This document shows positions 13,411 to 23,863 of a stretch of DNA of 23,954 nt, piece after piece. The notes under the pieces are model-generated. The model was not told where the DNA came from and did no database searches. It was given only the letters and a program-made list of their open reading frames with translations. Source of the stretch: a bacterium (GTDB lineage Bacteria > Zixibacteria > MSB-5A5 > GN15 > FEB-12). Each line of letters begins with the position of its first letter. Position 1 is the stretch's first letter. The stretch covers positions 1 to 23,954 of the forward strand of contig JBDRNJ010000070.1 in NCBI GenBank assembly GCA_043811375.1, read 5' to 3'. A program made the translations under genes and the position numbers.

Positions 13411-15054
13411 TTATGGATCTTGGAGGATGATCTTCTGTGCCTCTACAGTGCGCTGTTTTATCGTTTTCCTGTCCCAATCCTCATAGCTCAAGACTTGAAT
13501 ACTCCGTGGGTAATCACTGACTCTGTCCTTCAAGTATTTTTCCTTCTTCTTGTCAAAGTCGAAATTCCTGGCAGAAGAATTCTTGCTCTTGCTAAGCAAG
13601 ACAAGATTCCCGATAGTGTTTACGTACTTGTCGATTTTGGTCAAATCATGGTTGTCTGCCCAGTATCCTTCCGCTTCCGGGTTTCGCGGGAGAACGTGTT
13701 CTACTGACTTGGCATCGAATTCGTGGAGTGCATCGTGTTCCGCAGTAACAAGCTCAAGTCTTAGCAAAAAGTATTTACCGAAGCCCACCGAATAGAGATC
13801 GTTGACAACTGCTGCCTGCATGATCGCATCCGAGTCATAGCTGAGGCCTCCGAGCACATCATCAGGCTTCTTGGCTGACTCGATTAGCGCAAGGATCTTT
13901 GAATAATCTGCGTAACGCTCGTCCTTCCGCATCGCCTTGACCCATTGAGCCAGAAACACTTTCTCCATACCCAAGCAGAATTCATAAAAGCTCTTGCTTC
14001 CAAATCGCGATGCGAAGTAGAGTAGGCACGCCCGCCACTCGGAGGCCTTGAATTCCGCATTCATAATGTGAATAAGTGAGCGATACCGATTGTGCTCCGG
14101 CGCTTCTGTCGGAATAATGTCCCTCTCTATAAAAATCGCTGTGTAAAGCTTGGAATACTCGAACACAAGGTCGAAGAACGGTCCACCTTTGCTAACGGTC
14201 TTCTTTAGGAAAATCCGATTTTCGAACTCTTTTAAGAGATCTCCCTGTGGTTTGTCTTTAAGCAGAATCAGCCGAATCAAGTGGAAGATGCTTTCGAAAG
14301 TAGACTCTCCCAACCCCTTTTCCAAGTCTTCCCACTCTTGCGCCACTCTATTCCGAACCGTGTCGCTAGCAATTACATCTGGGGCGATGTTTAAGGCCTT
14401 AAGAACATCGATACGCCTTAGTTGCTTGCCTCTATCGTTGACGATTGTGAAGAGCCGGAATGCGTCATCGAAGGTTTCGGTTGCCAAGCAGATCACAACG
14501 CACTTCTGGCTCAAAAATGTGATGAGCTCTTGAATCTCCTTTTCTGATAGCTTGGCGAGCTTTGACCGAAAGACATTAACGGCGTTGACGTAGCGCCACT
14601 CCGGTTCCGGCAACTCGCTTTTCTTCAGAGACTTGGTGGTACCGCCTTCTTCGACGACTATCTCACCAAACAACTTACGGTCCTTCACTTCAAGGCGGAC
14701 CTTTTCTGGGATTCCGTCAACAACGTTTTTCCGTTGGAGTATCTTGTCCTGAAGACCCTTTTTGAAGTTATCGTCCTTCACGAAGTCTCGGAGACATGCA
14801 AAGAGGATTAGTAGAGATGTGAGTCGTTGTTGCCCGTCTACTACGTCATTGTGTCCACGTTCTTTGCGGTAGTGAAGAACCATTGTGCCAAGGAAGTATT
14901 CTTGCCCCCTCGTGGCGGTAATCACGTCATCAATCAGATCGTCGAAATGGTCTGTTTTCCACGAGAACGGCCGCTGATATTCCGGCACATGAAAAAAGAA
15001 ATCCTGGGACAGTAGTGTCCCTATAGCTATCGTCCTTCCGTCTAGGTTTTTCAT
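13411..15054 (-). CDS. DUF262 + DUF1524 protein (GmrSD-like type IV modification-dependent restriction endonuclease)
   Basis: VPEYQRPFSW, YFLGTMV, VVDGQQRLT and FTIVNDRGKQL (DUF262); SVEHVLP..IGNLVLLSKSKNS (His-Me finger, DUF1524). Start 15054 fits GGAGA RBS spacing. Confidence 0.9.
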   Translation of the reverse strand: MKNLDGRTIAIGTLLSQDFFFHVPEYQRPFSWKTDHFDDLIDDVITATRGQEYFLGTMVLHYRKERGHNDVVDGQQRLTSLLILFACLRDFVKDDNFKKGLQDKILQRKNVVDGIPEKVRLEVKDRKLFGEIVVEEGGTTKSLKKSELPEPEWRYVNAVNVFRSKLAKLSEKEIQELITFLSQKCVVICLATETFDDAFRLFTIVNDRGKQLRRIDVLKALNIAPDVIASDTVRNRVAQEWEDLEKGLGESTFESIFHLIRLILLKDKPQGDLLKEFENRIFLKKTVSKGGPFFDLVFEYSKLYTAIFIERDIIPTEAPEHNRYRSLIHIMNAEFKASEWRACLLYFASRFGSKSFYEFCLGMEKVFLAQWVKAMRKDERYADYSKILALIESAKKPDDVLGGLSYDSDAIMQAAVVNDLYSVGFGKYFLLRLELVTAEHDALHEFDAKSVEHVLPRNPEAEGYWADNHDLTKIDKYVNTIGNLVLLSKSKNSSARNFDFDKKKEKYLKDRVSDYPRSIQVLSYEDWDRKTIKQRTVEAQKIILQDP

Positions 15055-15198
15055 AATCCACATATCTCCAATACAAGAGTAAGCTCAGTACTACTGACAC
15101 GGCAAGGCCCGTGTGGAATCGCTTCAGCCAACATGCAACAACTTCCCGTCCAAATCAACAATAATCCATCCAACATGGAAAGGGTACCGGGCGACTGG

Positions 15199-17019
15199 TT
15201 ATGCAATGCCTTCCAGTGGTGGTGTTGCTGCGGTTGTTGAGGGGATTAACTTTTCTATTTCCTTGAGCAGCGTATCGAGGTCTCGCAGAAACCGTTCTCC
15301 CTGTTCCATACGAAATTGATCTGTCAGACGACGGTAATACTCGATCCCGTTGATCAGGTTGCGCTTGAAGTTCTGGAGGTGTCCGGCTGTCTCGCCCACC
15401 AACTCTTCCGATGCCTTCTGAAGTTCATGGCGGAGATGGTCAACGTACAGCATTAGTTCCCGTATGAACATGTGCGGGCGGTCGGAGTCGGTCAGGAGAG
15501 ACAGACGTCCGTAGATATGGCCGACTATTTCCTCCAGGGTGGCAACCCTGGAGAAGTTGACGATGTTGGGTCCACAGCAAACCGCCGGATGCGCGTCGGG
15601 ATCTATGCCATGCTTCAAGGTTGCACAGCCCGCCAGGTCGTGACAGATACAGGATTTGGCCACGACCCGTTCCCTCCTCGTGCGAAGCTGTTCCGGAGGG
15701 GCGTCGTCCGTCGAAAATTGTTCCAGCTTTCGTTTCTGGTAGTTTCGCGAGGCGTGGCAAATGGGCACCGGGGTGAATTCGGTATCGGATACAAGGTAGC
15801 CTTTCGGACAGGGACTGCCGGGCTTGTCGGCACTGATCCGCCGGCGACGACTTTCTTCGCTTCCCGAGTTACGTAAGCACCAGAATGGAACATTGAGGGG
15901 CGAGTGATCGCTCAGGTAGACGTCACTGTCGGTAGTTGTTGACAACTTCTTCAAGTGATCGTCGTCAACGTTCGTCACTTCGGGGACCAGCAGGAACGGC
16001 GTTCCCCAACCGGTGCCGTCAACGCCGTAATGTTGCAAGAGAAATCTGTTCTCATCGGCGGTGCCTATACCACCCTGAACGGTGATGCGTACTTCATGTG
16101 GTGATTGAACCGGAGCGCGTTCCATCGTCGTCAACGCCTTATTGTACGCTCCGTGAAGATTACTGATCAGTTCCGCCTTCTTGTCCGTGAACTCTTCCAG
16201 GATGGGACCCATCAGGTATCCTTCGGTAGCAAAGGCGTGACCACCACAGTTGAGCCCGGACTCAACCCGGTACTCGGAGACCCACAGTCCTTTCCTGGCC
16301 AGGTATTTACCCTGGACCATAGCTGAACGGAAATCACTCACCTTTAGAATTATTCTCTTCTTGAGAATACCGTCTTCATCCGGATAAAAATCTTTGAAAC
16401 TGGTGAGATAATTAAAAAGCCGTCGGCTTATGCCTGCGGAAAAAACAATTGATGACCGCAGTGAGCTCTTGGCGTAACCTCGCAGAGCAGACATGGCGTC
16501 AGCAAACTCCGGGGGGAGTTTGTTTCCATTCCGGTAGAGGTCGCGATCCACTTTGGTCATTATGTTAACATCGATGCTGCCCGGCACGGCACGGCGGCGG
16601 AGTGCATCCTGCAACAGGACCTTATCTGCCGGTTTCGATGATTTGAGCATTTCGAGATAGGATTGCTTGAGCTGTGAGTCGGGAAGCATTTCGAAGTAAC
16701 GTGTAATCTCGCTACCCGGCTCAAATGGCGAAGACTGCAATGCTATAACCTGATCACGGATCAGTTCATCCAGGAAATTCAGGTAAGTGGTGATGCGGTT
16801 GGCTCGGACGTCTTCGTCGCTGTCAGGTATTTCTGCAAATTGCAGGCCAAACTCTCGGCAATGATATCTCCGCATTTGCTCCATAAGGATGTCGTCAATG
16901 AGCGATATTGCCGATGAAATACCGTATCTCGCCACTTTCAAAGGAGTGTCAATGCTGAATCCGGTACCCATGACCGGTATGTGAAAACCGTGTGGGTTTT
17001 CATGCTTCGGAATGTTCAT
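15199..17019 (-). CDS. Conserved hypothetical protein (~606 aa), possibly a distant FMN-binding TIM-barrel oxidoreductase
   Basis: Long ORF with FHIPVMGTGFSIDTP, ESGLNCGGHAF, ITVQGGIGT, GTGWGTPFL, GSPCPK and CICHDL motifs. Start uncertain (ATG 17019 vs TTG 17058). Confidence 0.75.
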   Translation of the reverse strand: MNIPKHENPHGFHIPVMGTGFSIDTPLKVARYGISSAISLIDDILMEQMRRYHCREFGLQFAEIPDSDEDVRANRITTYLNFLDELIRDQVIALQSSPFEPGSEITRYFEMLPDSQLKQSYLEMLKSSKPADKVLLQDALRRRAVPGSIDVNIMTKVDRDLYRNGNKLPPEFADAMSALRGYAKSSLRSSIVFSAGISRRLFNYLTSFKDFYPDEDGILKKRIILKVSDFRSAMVQGKYLARKGLWVSEYRVESGLNCGGHAFATEGYLMGPILEEFTDKKAELISNLHGAYNKALTTMERAPVQSPHEVRITVQGGIGTADENRFLLQHYGVDGTGWGTPFLLVPEVTNVDDDHLKKLSTTTDSDVYLSDHSPLNVPFWCLRNSGSEESRRRRISADKPGSPCPKGYLVSDTEFTPVPICHASRNYQKRKLEQFSTDDAPPEQLRTRRERVVAKSCICHDLAGCATLKHGIDPDAHPAVCCGPNIVNFSRVATLEEIVGHIYGRLSLLTDSDRPHMFIRELMLYVDHLRHELQKASEELVGETAGHLQNFKRNLINGIEYYRRLTDQFRMEQGERFLRDLDTLLKEIEKLIPSTTAATPPLEGIA

Positions 17020-17368
17020 ACCGTCATAATGGTTGGCCAGGACAGTAATGTCAAACAAATATACTGCCTGAAGCCTAAGATTACGAAGACGACCGAAATT
17101 TGATTGGGAGTTTTCACTGAGGGAAAGTGACCCGTTAACCTGAAAAAGACAGGGAAGGCTCCCGTATCTGAGATAGTCTCAATATCAGCACCGCGGACGT
17201 TTCCTCTGTGTAAGCGTGTAAATCGCTGCTCCAGCGGCACATATACCCTTGTTGCAATGACTCCCGACAGGTTTCCCCACAATGATCGGTACTCTCCAAC
17301 CCGAACGTATCGACCTTCACCACGTCTACGCTGTTTCTTTCAGTCCGCCCACCAGGTGGGGGAGAGGG

Positions 17369-17962
17369 CTACAGATAAACGGCGAACTCACAGGTATCAT
17401 CACCCTGCATAACTGATTTCAGCAACCTTACCTTCACCGGTCTCTCAAAAACACCCTCAAAGATATTCCGGTACCAACCGGCTGAGCAATAGCAATGCGT
17501 TGGCGTTATCCGTTCCCGGGTACACCGTATCCAGTCGCAATGGCAATAGAAGTAACGCTTCTCCTGTTCGGTTGTAGCTTTCCGGTGTTCTTCGGCGTTG
17601 TGAGCCACCTTGGTGAAATAGATGACGTTACCTTCACGGCGTGGCCTGACATAGAACGGATTTTTGTACATCGCTTCCAGCAAAGCATCGATATCGCCCG
17701 ACTCGCGGTATACTTCCCTGAACCGGGGAATAATGGACGCCGCACACTCGCACGAACAGCGCGCCATTATATCGTATCGTTTATCTTCGTCGTCCACCCG
17801 CCGGTCAAGCTTGTCCAGAGCCTGTTTTACCCAGGCTGCTTTAGATTGTTCATCCATGTCCGCCACCGCTTCGCTGCCCGCCAGGACTTCTTCTCTGACA
17901 CCGGGATCGGCTACATCGTCGAGACTTTCACGAAGTTTCTCGATCCAGTTCGGGTTTCCCAT
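17369..17962 (-). CDS. DUF6144-like Cys-rich protein (V4R-like C-terminus), 197 aa
   Basis: RCSCEC, YCHC, HCYCSAGW..FEGVFERPVKV.L.KSV..GD..CEF. RBS AAGGA. Confidence 0.75.
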   Translation of the reverse strand: MGNPNWIEKLRESLDDVADPGVREEVLAGSEAVADMDEQSKAAWVKQALDKLDRRVDDEDKRYDIMARCSCECAASIIPRFREVYRESGDIDALLEAMYKNPFYVRPRREGNVIYFTKVAHNAEEHRKATTEQEKRYFYCHCDWIRCTRERITPTHCYCSAGWYRNIFEGVFERPVKVRLLKSVMQGDDTCEFAVYL

Positions 17963-18127
17963 GATCGGTTCCTTTCCCTCAGGGGCTATGTCGTATCCCT
18001 GCCGACAACCGCTACGGCAGCGTCTGCCTTAAGGCCAACTGATCAATAATAGGTGATGATTACACTAGTCACAAGGGTTTTACCGGACGGTGGCTTGAAG
18101 TGAAAATGTGGTATATCGGCGATACCG

Positions 18128-21100
18128 TCAACTCCGAACGGTCGGGTCCTGCTCGGTGAGCGGTACGCCGGAACCTTCCAATGCCTGCTGCACGACTTCA
18201 CTGAGCGAACTTGGCTTGAACGGCTTGGACACGAAACCGCAGAAACCGTATTCCTCAGGAGCGGCCATCACGGGGTCGTTGGAATAGCCGCTGCATACTA
18301 TGGCTCGGACATGAGGGTCGATCTCAAGCAGCTTACGGATCGTGTCTTTACCGCCCATTCCACCGGGTATGGTCAGATCAAGGATTACCACAGCGTACGA
18401 TTCATTGGCGTTGACAGCCTTCCGGTAAAGCTTCAGCGCATCTTCTCCATTGGTGACGGTGTCGACGATATACCCGCAGTTGCGGAGAACCTTGCCCATC
18501 AGATCCCTGATAATATCCTCGTCATCCATCATCAGTATACGCCCGGTACCGGCGGTCAGCGCTTCTTTTGTCCTGGTGCCGATTCGAACGGTGTCGTCAG
18601 TGGCCGGGATATGAATTGTGAACACGGTTCCCTTATCGGTTGTCGATGCCACCTGCAAATGCCCCCCGTGCTTCTTGATGATAGAGTAGCTGGTAGCCAG
18701 CCCCAGACCGGAGCCGCCAGGTTTAGTGGTGAAATAAGGATCGAATATTTTAGCCAGATGTTCACCGGGGATCCCGACACCCTCATCGGCAACCGTGATC
18801 AATATGTAGTCACCGGCTGCAAGAGGGAGACTGTCACCATCCTCAAGTTTGGTATTGCTGCAGGTGACTTTTATAGTGCCGCCGTGGGGCATAGCCTGGT
18901 TCGCATTTAATACCAGATTATGTATAACCTGGCTAATCTGCCCGGCATCAACTTCGGCTGCACTGAGATTGTCGGCAAAAGACAGTTCCAGCCTGGCATT
19001 GGATCCCCGGGCGGCAAAACGGGCCGAGTCGCCTACAATGTCCGAAATTGATGTAGCCCGTTTGATCGGTTCGCCACCTTTGGAAAAGGTCAACAACTGG
19101 AGAGTCAGGTCCTGGGCTCGCAGGGCAGCTTTCTCGGCCGCCGCGAGACAGATTCGGTTCTCCTCCAAATCAACCGTATCCTGCCGGGCCAGTGAGACAT
19201 TGCCCAGAATACCAGCCAGTAGATTGTTAAAATCATGAGCGATGCCGCCGGCCAGAAGTCCCAGACTCTCAAGCTTCTGGGACTTGAGCAACTCCTGCTC
19301 CATTTGTTTTTGCTCAGTTATATCGCGTGCTACTGCAAGCACCAGTTGGCGGCCGTCAATTTCGGTAGCCGACAGGGAGATCGCCATTGGAAACTCATGA
19401 CCGTCGCTGTGCAATCCGGGTAACTCTACAAACTTACCTATGGCTGCATTTGGTTTGCTGGTAGTGAAGTAACTTCGCAAATACTCCCGGTGTTTCTTCC
19501 GATATTTCTCAGGCATCAGATTGTCGAGTGGCTGGCCGATCATCTCAGCTTTCGTGCGACCGAACATGCTCTCCGCGGCCGGGTTGAAAAGCGAAATCAT
19601 ACCATCCTCTCCAACGGCGATTATCGCTTCCTTGGTTGCCCGGATAATAGTACTCTGGAGTTTCTCGCTTTTGCGCAGTGCTTCTTCGTGCTGTCTGCGT
19701 TCTGTGACATCTACCATCAGCGTCAGCAGGTGCGGCTCATCGTTGATGTGAATGAGGTCAGCGGAGAACATTCCGTGGCGTAGCTCACCGTTTTTCGCTC
19801 GAACTGTGACCTCAAGATCTCTGGCACTGCCTTGCTTTAGGACCCGGTTGACAATCTCGTCGCGCTGACTGTAGTCTGCGAACAACTCAAGTTCTCTGAC
19901 TGTATGTCCGATTATTTCTTCCTTCCGGTACCCCAGTGTTTTCAGGAAGGTATCGTTGACTTCAACAAAGGTCTTGTTTTTTACACTGGTGATGGCCATG
20001 AGAGCCGGGCTCGAAAGGAATGCCTTGGAAAACATCTCCTGATTCTCACGCAGCGCCTCTTCCGACCGTCGCCGCTTCGTGACATCACGAAAACTCCAGA
20101 CCCGCCCAATTATTTTGTTGCCAAGCCACTGCGGTCGGGAATAGCGCTCAATTAGCTGCCCGTCCTTGAATTCTATCTCATCGAAACTTTCCGCCTCGGG
20201 AGTCCCGTAAAGCTTTCGCACCTTGTTCAGAAATGCCTCGGGATCACTCAGTTGGGAAAGAACATGCCCCAGGAGATCGTCATCATTCCCGGCATCAGCC
20301 AATTCCCTGGGAATTTGCCACATTTCCAGAAACCGCTGGTTAAAACTGGCCACTGTACCCTTACCATCAATTACCAGGATGCCGTCGGCTGTTGATTCCA
20401 GGGTGGCCTGCAGCAACGATACTGTATTCTCCAACTGGATTTCGATTGCCTTGCGGTCACTGATATCAACCATGAGACCTCGCAGACCTATCGGCCGTCC
20501 ACGATGTCGTGCCACTTGCGTGTGGACCTCTATCGGGAAATGGCTCCCATTCTTTCGAACGGCCATGTACTCAGTGCCGGTGGATTTCTCACCTTTCAGG
20601 CGGCGGGCGATATTCTGCCGGGCTCGCGGTCGGTCTTCCGGAATCAGCAGATTCAGGGCATTGAATCCTGCCTTCAGATCCGCCGGGGAATAGCCAAACT
20701 GCCCGTAGGCGTTTTCGTTGACATAGGTCAACCGGCCGTCAAGCTCCATTTCAAAAACTATCTGTGGCAGCGTGTCGACCAGCGTGCGAAATCTCTCTTC
20801 ACTAAGCCGCAGCGCTTCCTCGGTCCGCTTGCGTTCCAGGGCTCCCATAATGATCTCACCGGCCAACCGCAACAGGGCGATTTCATCCTCTGACCACTCC
20901 CTGCCCGACGTCACGGAATCAAACCCGAGAACCCCTCTGAGTTTGTTGCCGCTTACCATTGGAACGATTACCACCGACCACGCATGACAAGCCTGGAAAA
21001 AAACCTTTTCCTTCGCAGCTTCGAGGGGAAGATCGGACACCGAAGGTATATAAATATCCTCAAACCGGCAAATTCTGGAATACAGCCAGGGAACTGTCTC

Positions 21101-21961
21101 CTGGCCAAAGAGAAATCCTTTCAGATTGTCGTCCAACAGTGGAATGCCTTCTGCACACCATTCGTGGCTGTACTCAGCAGTCACTCCATCGTCTCTCATT
21201 AGATAGATATAGCTGCGATCTACTTGTGAAAATTCACCAATGATCTGCAACGCCCGGTATATTCCCCGGTCGATGTTCTCCGGCTCCAGGCGTATCAAAT
21301 CAGATGACAGCCCGGTGATTATTCGATCGAAGTCTGCCCGGTATTGAAGAACCGCTTCAGACTGCTTATGTACCGTGACATCGCGCATGACGCAGTGCGT
21401 CCGCTCAAAATTGCCGCTGCGATCACGGCCGATCTTGCCGTCGAACTCCACCTGGAGGGCGCTGCCGTCCCTACGAAGCATCTCAAACTGCACTCCATGA
21501 ATCTCTCCCGCGGACATGAGGCGAGAAAAACAGGCACTCAAATGCTCACGATAGCTGGGTGCCGGAAAGTCTCCGAACCAGCGACTGAGTACTTCCTCCC
21601 GGGTGTATCCCATGATCCTGCACCAGGCCGGGTTGACATCCAAAAACCGTCCCTCTGCATCCAGTGACTGGTAAGCGACCGGAGAGTTCTCGTAAAACAG
21701 GCGGAACTTCTCATCGCTCTCTTGCAAAGCCCGGATTGCCGCACGGCGCCTGGCCGGCAGAACGGACCAGACAAAAGCCAAAATCAGAAACGACACCAGG
21801 CCCAGTAAACGAGCATGAAGGGCTGGGGAATCAAAACCCGGAAATAACCGTGACTGGAAGGTTCCCTGATCGAACACAAAGCTGTCCAGCGCTGTGTTCA
21901 GCAACCAGACAACTGCACCCATAAAGAAAAACAGGATTATGATCTTGCGGTCAGCCTTCAT
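18128..21961 (-). CDS. Membrane-anchored hybrid sensor histidine kinase (2 TM, ~5 PAS, GAF, HisKA, HATPase, receiver), 1277 aa
   Basis: H-box LAGGIAHDFNNLL, N-box NLVLNA, DEGVGI, FDPYFTTK, GSGLGL; receiver ILMMDDE..ILDLTIPG..SKPF. Confidence 0.95.
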   Translation of the reverse strand: MKADRKIIILFFFMGAVVWLLNTALDSFVFDQGTFQSRLFPGFDSPALHARLLGLVSFLILAFVWSVLPARRRAAIRALQESDEKFRLFYENSPVAYQSLDAEGRFLDVNPAWCRIMGYTREEVLSRWFGDFPAPSYREHLSACFSRLMSAGEIHGVQFEMLRRDGSALQVEFDGKIGRDRSGNFERTHCVMRDVTVHKQSEAVLQYRADFDRIITGLSSDLIRLEPENIDRGIYRALQIIGEFSQVDRSYIYLMRDDGVTAEYSHEWCAEGIPLLDDNLKGFLFGQETVPWLYSRICRFEDIYIPSVSDLPLEAAKEKVFFQACHAWSVVIVPMVSGNKLRGVLGFDSVTSGREWSEDEIALLRLAGEIIMGALERKRTEEALRLSEERFRTLVDTLPQIVFEMELDGRLTYVNENAYGQFGYSPADLKAGFNALNLLIPEDRPRARQNIARRLKGEKSTGTEYMAVRKNGSHFPIEVHTQVARHRGRPIGLRGLMVDISDRKAIEIQLENTVSLLQATLESTADGILVIDGKGTVASFNQRFLEMWQIPRELADAGNDDDLLGHVLSQLSDPEAFLNKVRKLYGTPEAESFDEIEFKDGQLIERYSRPQWLGNKIIGRVWSFRDVTKRRRSEEALRENQEMFSKAFLSSPALMAITSVKNKTFVEVNDTFLKTLGYRKEEIIGHTVRELELFADYSQRDEIVNRVLKQGSARDLEVTVRAKNGELRHGMFSADLIHINDEPHLLTLMVDVTERRQHEEALRKSEKLQSTIIRATKEAIIAVGEDGMISLFNPAAESMFGRTKAEMIGQPLDNLMPEKYRKKHREYLRSYFTTSKPNAAIGKFVELPGLHSDGHEFPMAISLSATEIDGRQLVLAVARDITEQKQMEQELLKSQKLESLGLLAGGIAHDFNNLLAGILGNVSLARQDTVDLEENRICLAAAEKAALRAQDLTLQLLTFSKGGEPIKRATSISDIVGDSARFAARGSNARLELSFADNLSAAEVDAGQISQVIHNLVLNANQAMPHGGTIKVTCSNTKLEDGDSLPLAAGDYILITVADEGVGIPGEHLAKIFDPYFTTKPGGSGLGLATSYSIIKKHGGHLQVASTTDKGTVFTIHIPATDDTVRIGTRTKEALTAGTGRILMMDDEDIIRDLMGKVLRNCGYIVDTVTNGEDALKLYRKAVNANESYAVVILDLTIPGGMGGKDTIRKLLEIDPHVRAIVCSGYSNDPVMAAPEEYGFCGFVSKPFKPSSLSEVVQQALEGSGVPLTEQDPTVRS

Positions 21962-22256
21962 TGGATCTCATCTTAGTTATACTGCTTCCCAGCAGACTAC
22001 AAAACAGCCATAGAGTCCAATTACGGCCACGTTGACAGGCAACTCGCGCGGTGCCACTTCAAACAAACGCCCCCGAGCTTCCTATAGCCGACATTCCTAA
22101 CCGGCCACCGCGTCAAACGCAATATCCCGCCTGTCTTACCTTTTTCGGCTGAATAATGGATCGGCTTAACACATATTCCCGGATTTGCCCACTCCGGCAA
22201 GTCACCACTTCGCAGATGACAGTATCACTTTCCGGGTACCGACAACGTGATTATCG

Positions 22257-22285
22257 TTGACATCTGAACAAATGAGCAGTATCCT
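22257..22285 (+). promoter_or_regulatory. lexA promoter with candidate LexA operator in the spacer
   Basis: TTGACA(22257-22262)-17 bp-TATCCT(22280-22285). The spacer contains CTGAACAAATGAGCAG (22264-22279). Confidence 0.7.
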
Positions 22286-22326
22286 GCCGATGATATTAAA
22301 GGTGCCGATCACGGAGGAAATAAAGC

Positions 22327-22941
22327 ATGGTCAAGACGGCTCTGACAAGGAAGCAGCGGCTGGTCCTGGAGTTTGTTCGCCGACAGATCACCTCCCGGGG
22401 CCATCCGCCCACGGTGCGGGAAATCGGCCGACAGTTCGGTATCAAATCCACCAACGGAGTACGGTCACACCTGACGGCCCTGATCAGGAAAGGATATCTT
22501 AAAAAAGAACGGTTTATCTCACGGGGACTGGAACTGACCTACAATACTGCCGGTGTCGGACGGGTGCCTCTGGTGGGAGCGGTACCGGCAGGGATTCCCA
22601 TTGATGCCGTCGAGAACGTCGAGGGCGAAATCGCTCTGGACCTGTCGTTCCTTCCTCGGGGAGACAGGTTTACGTTGCGTATAGTCGGCGATTCGATGAC
22701 AGGAGCGGGCATATTCGACGGTGACCTGGTCATTGTCAAAAAACAACAGGTGGCCCAAAAGGGAGATATCGTGGTAGCCCTGGTGGGTGGAGAAGCAACC
22801 GTCAAGCGATATTATCCCTCCGGTAAAACGATCCGATTACAGCCTGAAAACGACGATTTCGAGCCGATCATCATCAGCAAACACTCCCGCGAGTTTCGGG
22901 TCGCCGGCAAAGTAGTCGGGCTGCTGCGCAAAATCAGTTGA
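22327..22941 (+). CDS. lexA: SOS repressor LexA
   Basis: LTRKQ..PPTVREIG wHTH; VPAGIP Ala-Gly cleavage site; GDSM catalytic Ser; EATVKR catalytic Lys; LQPEN. RBS GGAGG. Confidence 0.97.
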   Translation: MVKTALTRKQRLVLEFVRRQITSRGHPPTVREIGRQFGIKSTNGVRSHLTALIRKGYLKKERFISRGLELTYNTAGVGRVPLVGAVPAGIPIDAVENVEGEIALDLSFLPRGDRFTLRIVGDSMTGAGIFDGDLVIVKKQQVAQKGDIVVALVGGEATVKRYYPSGKTIRLQPENDDFEPIIISKHSREFRVAGKVVGLLRKIS

Positions 22942-23070
22942 TGAATAATGGTATATCGTTGCCGGTTATCAATTGAAGTGCAGCGGAGAAGCCAGGGTCG
23001 ATTATACCTCAGAAGGGTTATGGGCGTGATCTCTGATCGCGGCTCGCCAGCAGGTGCTTAAGACGGAAGG

Positions 23071-23101
23071 AAGGGAGCCCGCCCTGACGACAGACTCCCT
23101 T
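23071..23101. terminator. Possible hairpin terminator between convergent lexA and yceI-like genes
   Basis: AAGGGAG..CTCCCTT stem; U-tract is weak. Confidence 0.3.
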
Positions 23102-23123
23102 GGCTACAGAAGGAGGGAGATTC

Positions 23124-23714
23124 TTAACTTCCAGCCTTGACGGCCTCGATCTCGAGAGTTATTGATACACCGTCGCCTACCACCAGACCTCCCGCATCCA
23201 GCTTTTTGCTCCACTTGATGCCGAAGTCGTTGCGGTTGATTGTTGCCGTAGCCGTGAAACCAGCCCGCGTTTGACCCATGAAGTCCTGGACAGAACCATG
23301 AGAACGACACTCAAAGACAACTTCCCGCTTGATATCCTTGATGGTCAGATCTCCCACCAACTGGAACTCGCCTTCGCGGCCGGGTACCACCTTTCGGGAA
23401 CGAAAGGACATCGTCGGATACTTGTCGTTGTCAAAGAAGTCCGGACTACGCAGGTGCTCATCACGCTTTTCGTTGTCTGTGTTGATCGACGCGATTCGAA
23501 CTGTCATCTCCGCGGTCCCGTTCTTTACGTCGTTGGTGTCATACCTGATAGTGCCTTCAAACTCATTGAATGAGCCCTGCGTCCAGGCAATCACCATGTG
23601 CCTGACTTTGAAACTGACTGAAGAATGTGCGGCATCAATCTGCCACTCCTGCGCCGTGGAAGAAAATGCCAGCGCCAATATGGCTCCGATCGTCAACGAT
23701 AAAACCTTCAACAT
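23124..23714 (-). CDS. yceI: YceI-family secreted lipid/polyisoprenoid-binding protein
   Basis: Signal peptide, WQIDAAHSSVSFKVRHM, SINTDNEKRDEHLRSPDFFD, GDLTIK, INRNDFGI. RBS AGGAGG before ATG 23714. Confidence 0.93.
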   Translation of the reverse strand: MLKVLSLTIGAILALAFSSTAQEWQIDAAHSSVSFKVRHMVIAWTQGSFNEFEGTIRYDTNDVKNGTAEMTVRIASINTDNEKRDEHLRSPDFFDNDKYPTMSFRSRKVVPGREGEFQLVGDLTIKDIKREVVFECRSHGSVQDFMGQTRAGFTATATINRNDFGIKWSKKLDAGGLVVGDGVSITLEIEAVKAGS

Positions 23715-23863
23715 TATATAACCTCCTGAAATATGTGGTCTATATAGGTCCATTATATCTTAGTAACACCGACAGGGAAAAGAGGTTCCCGGTCGAGTGA
23801 CCACCGCGCCCGTTATCACGGTAGTGTAAACTAAGTTGTGTAAATTGGTAGATTGAAATAACA

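Noticed and set aside
17060..17365. Possible cobalamin riboswitch or small ORFs in the intergenic region (CACTG..GGGAAGG)
   Set aside because: The core AGGGAA..GGTG..AATCC and ACTGT elements are not found, the fragments are on the opposite strand to the flanking genes, and the short ORFs lack support.
18311..21924. Numerous plus-strand and alternate-frame ORFs within the histidine kinase gene (and similar shadows in other long genes)
   Set aside because: Shadow ORFs of GC-rich coding sequence with no recognisable motifs.
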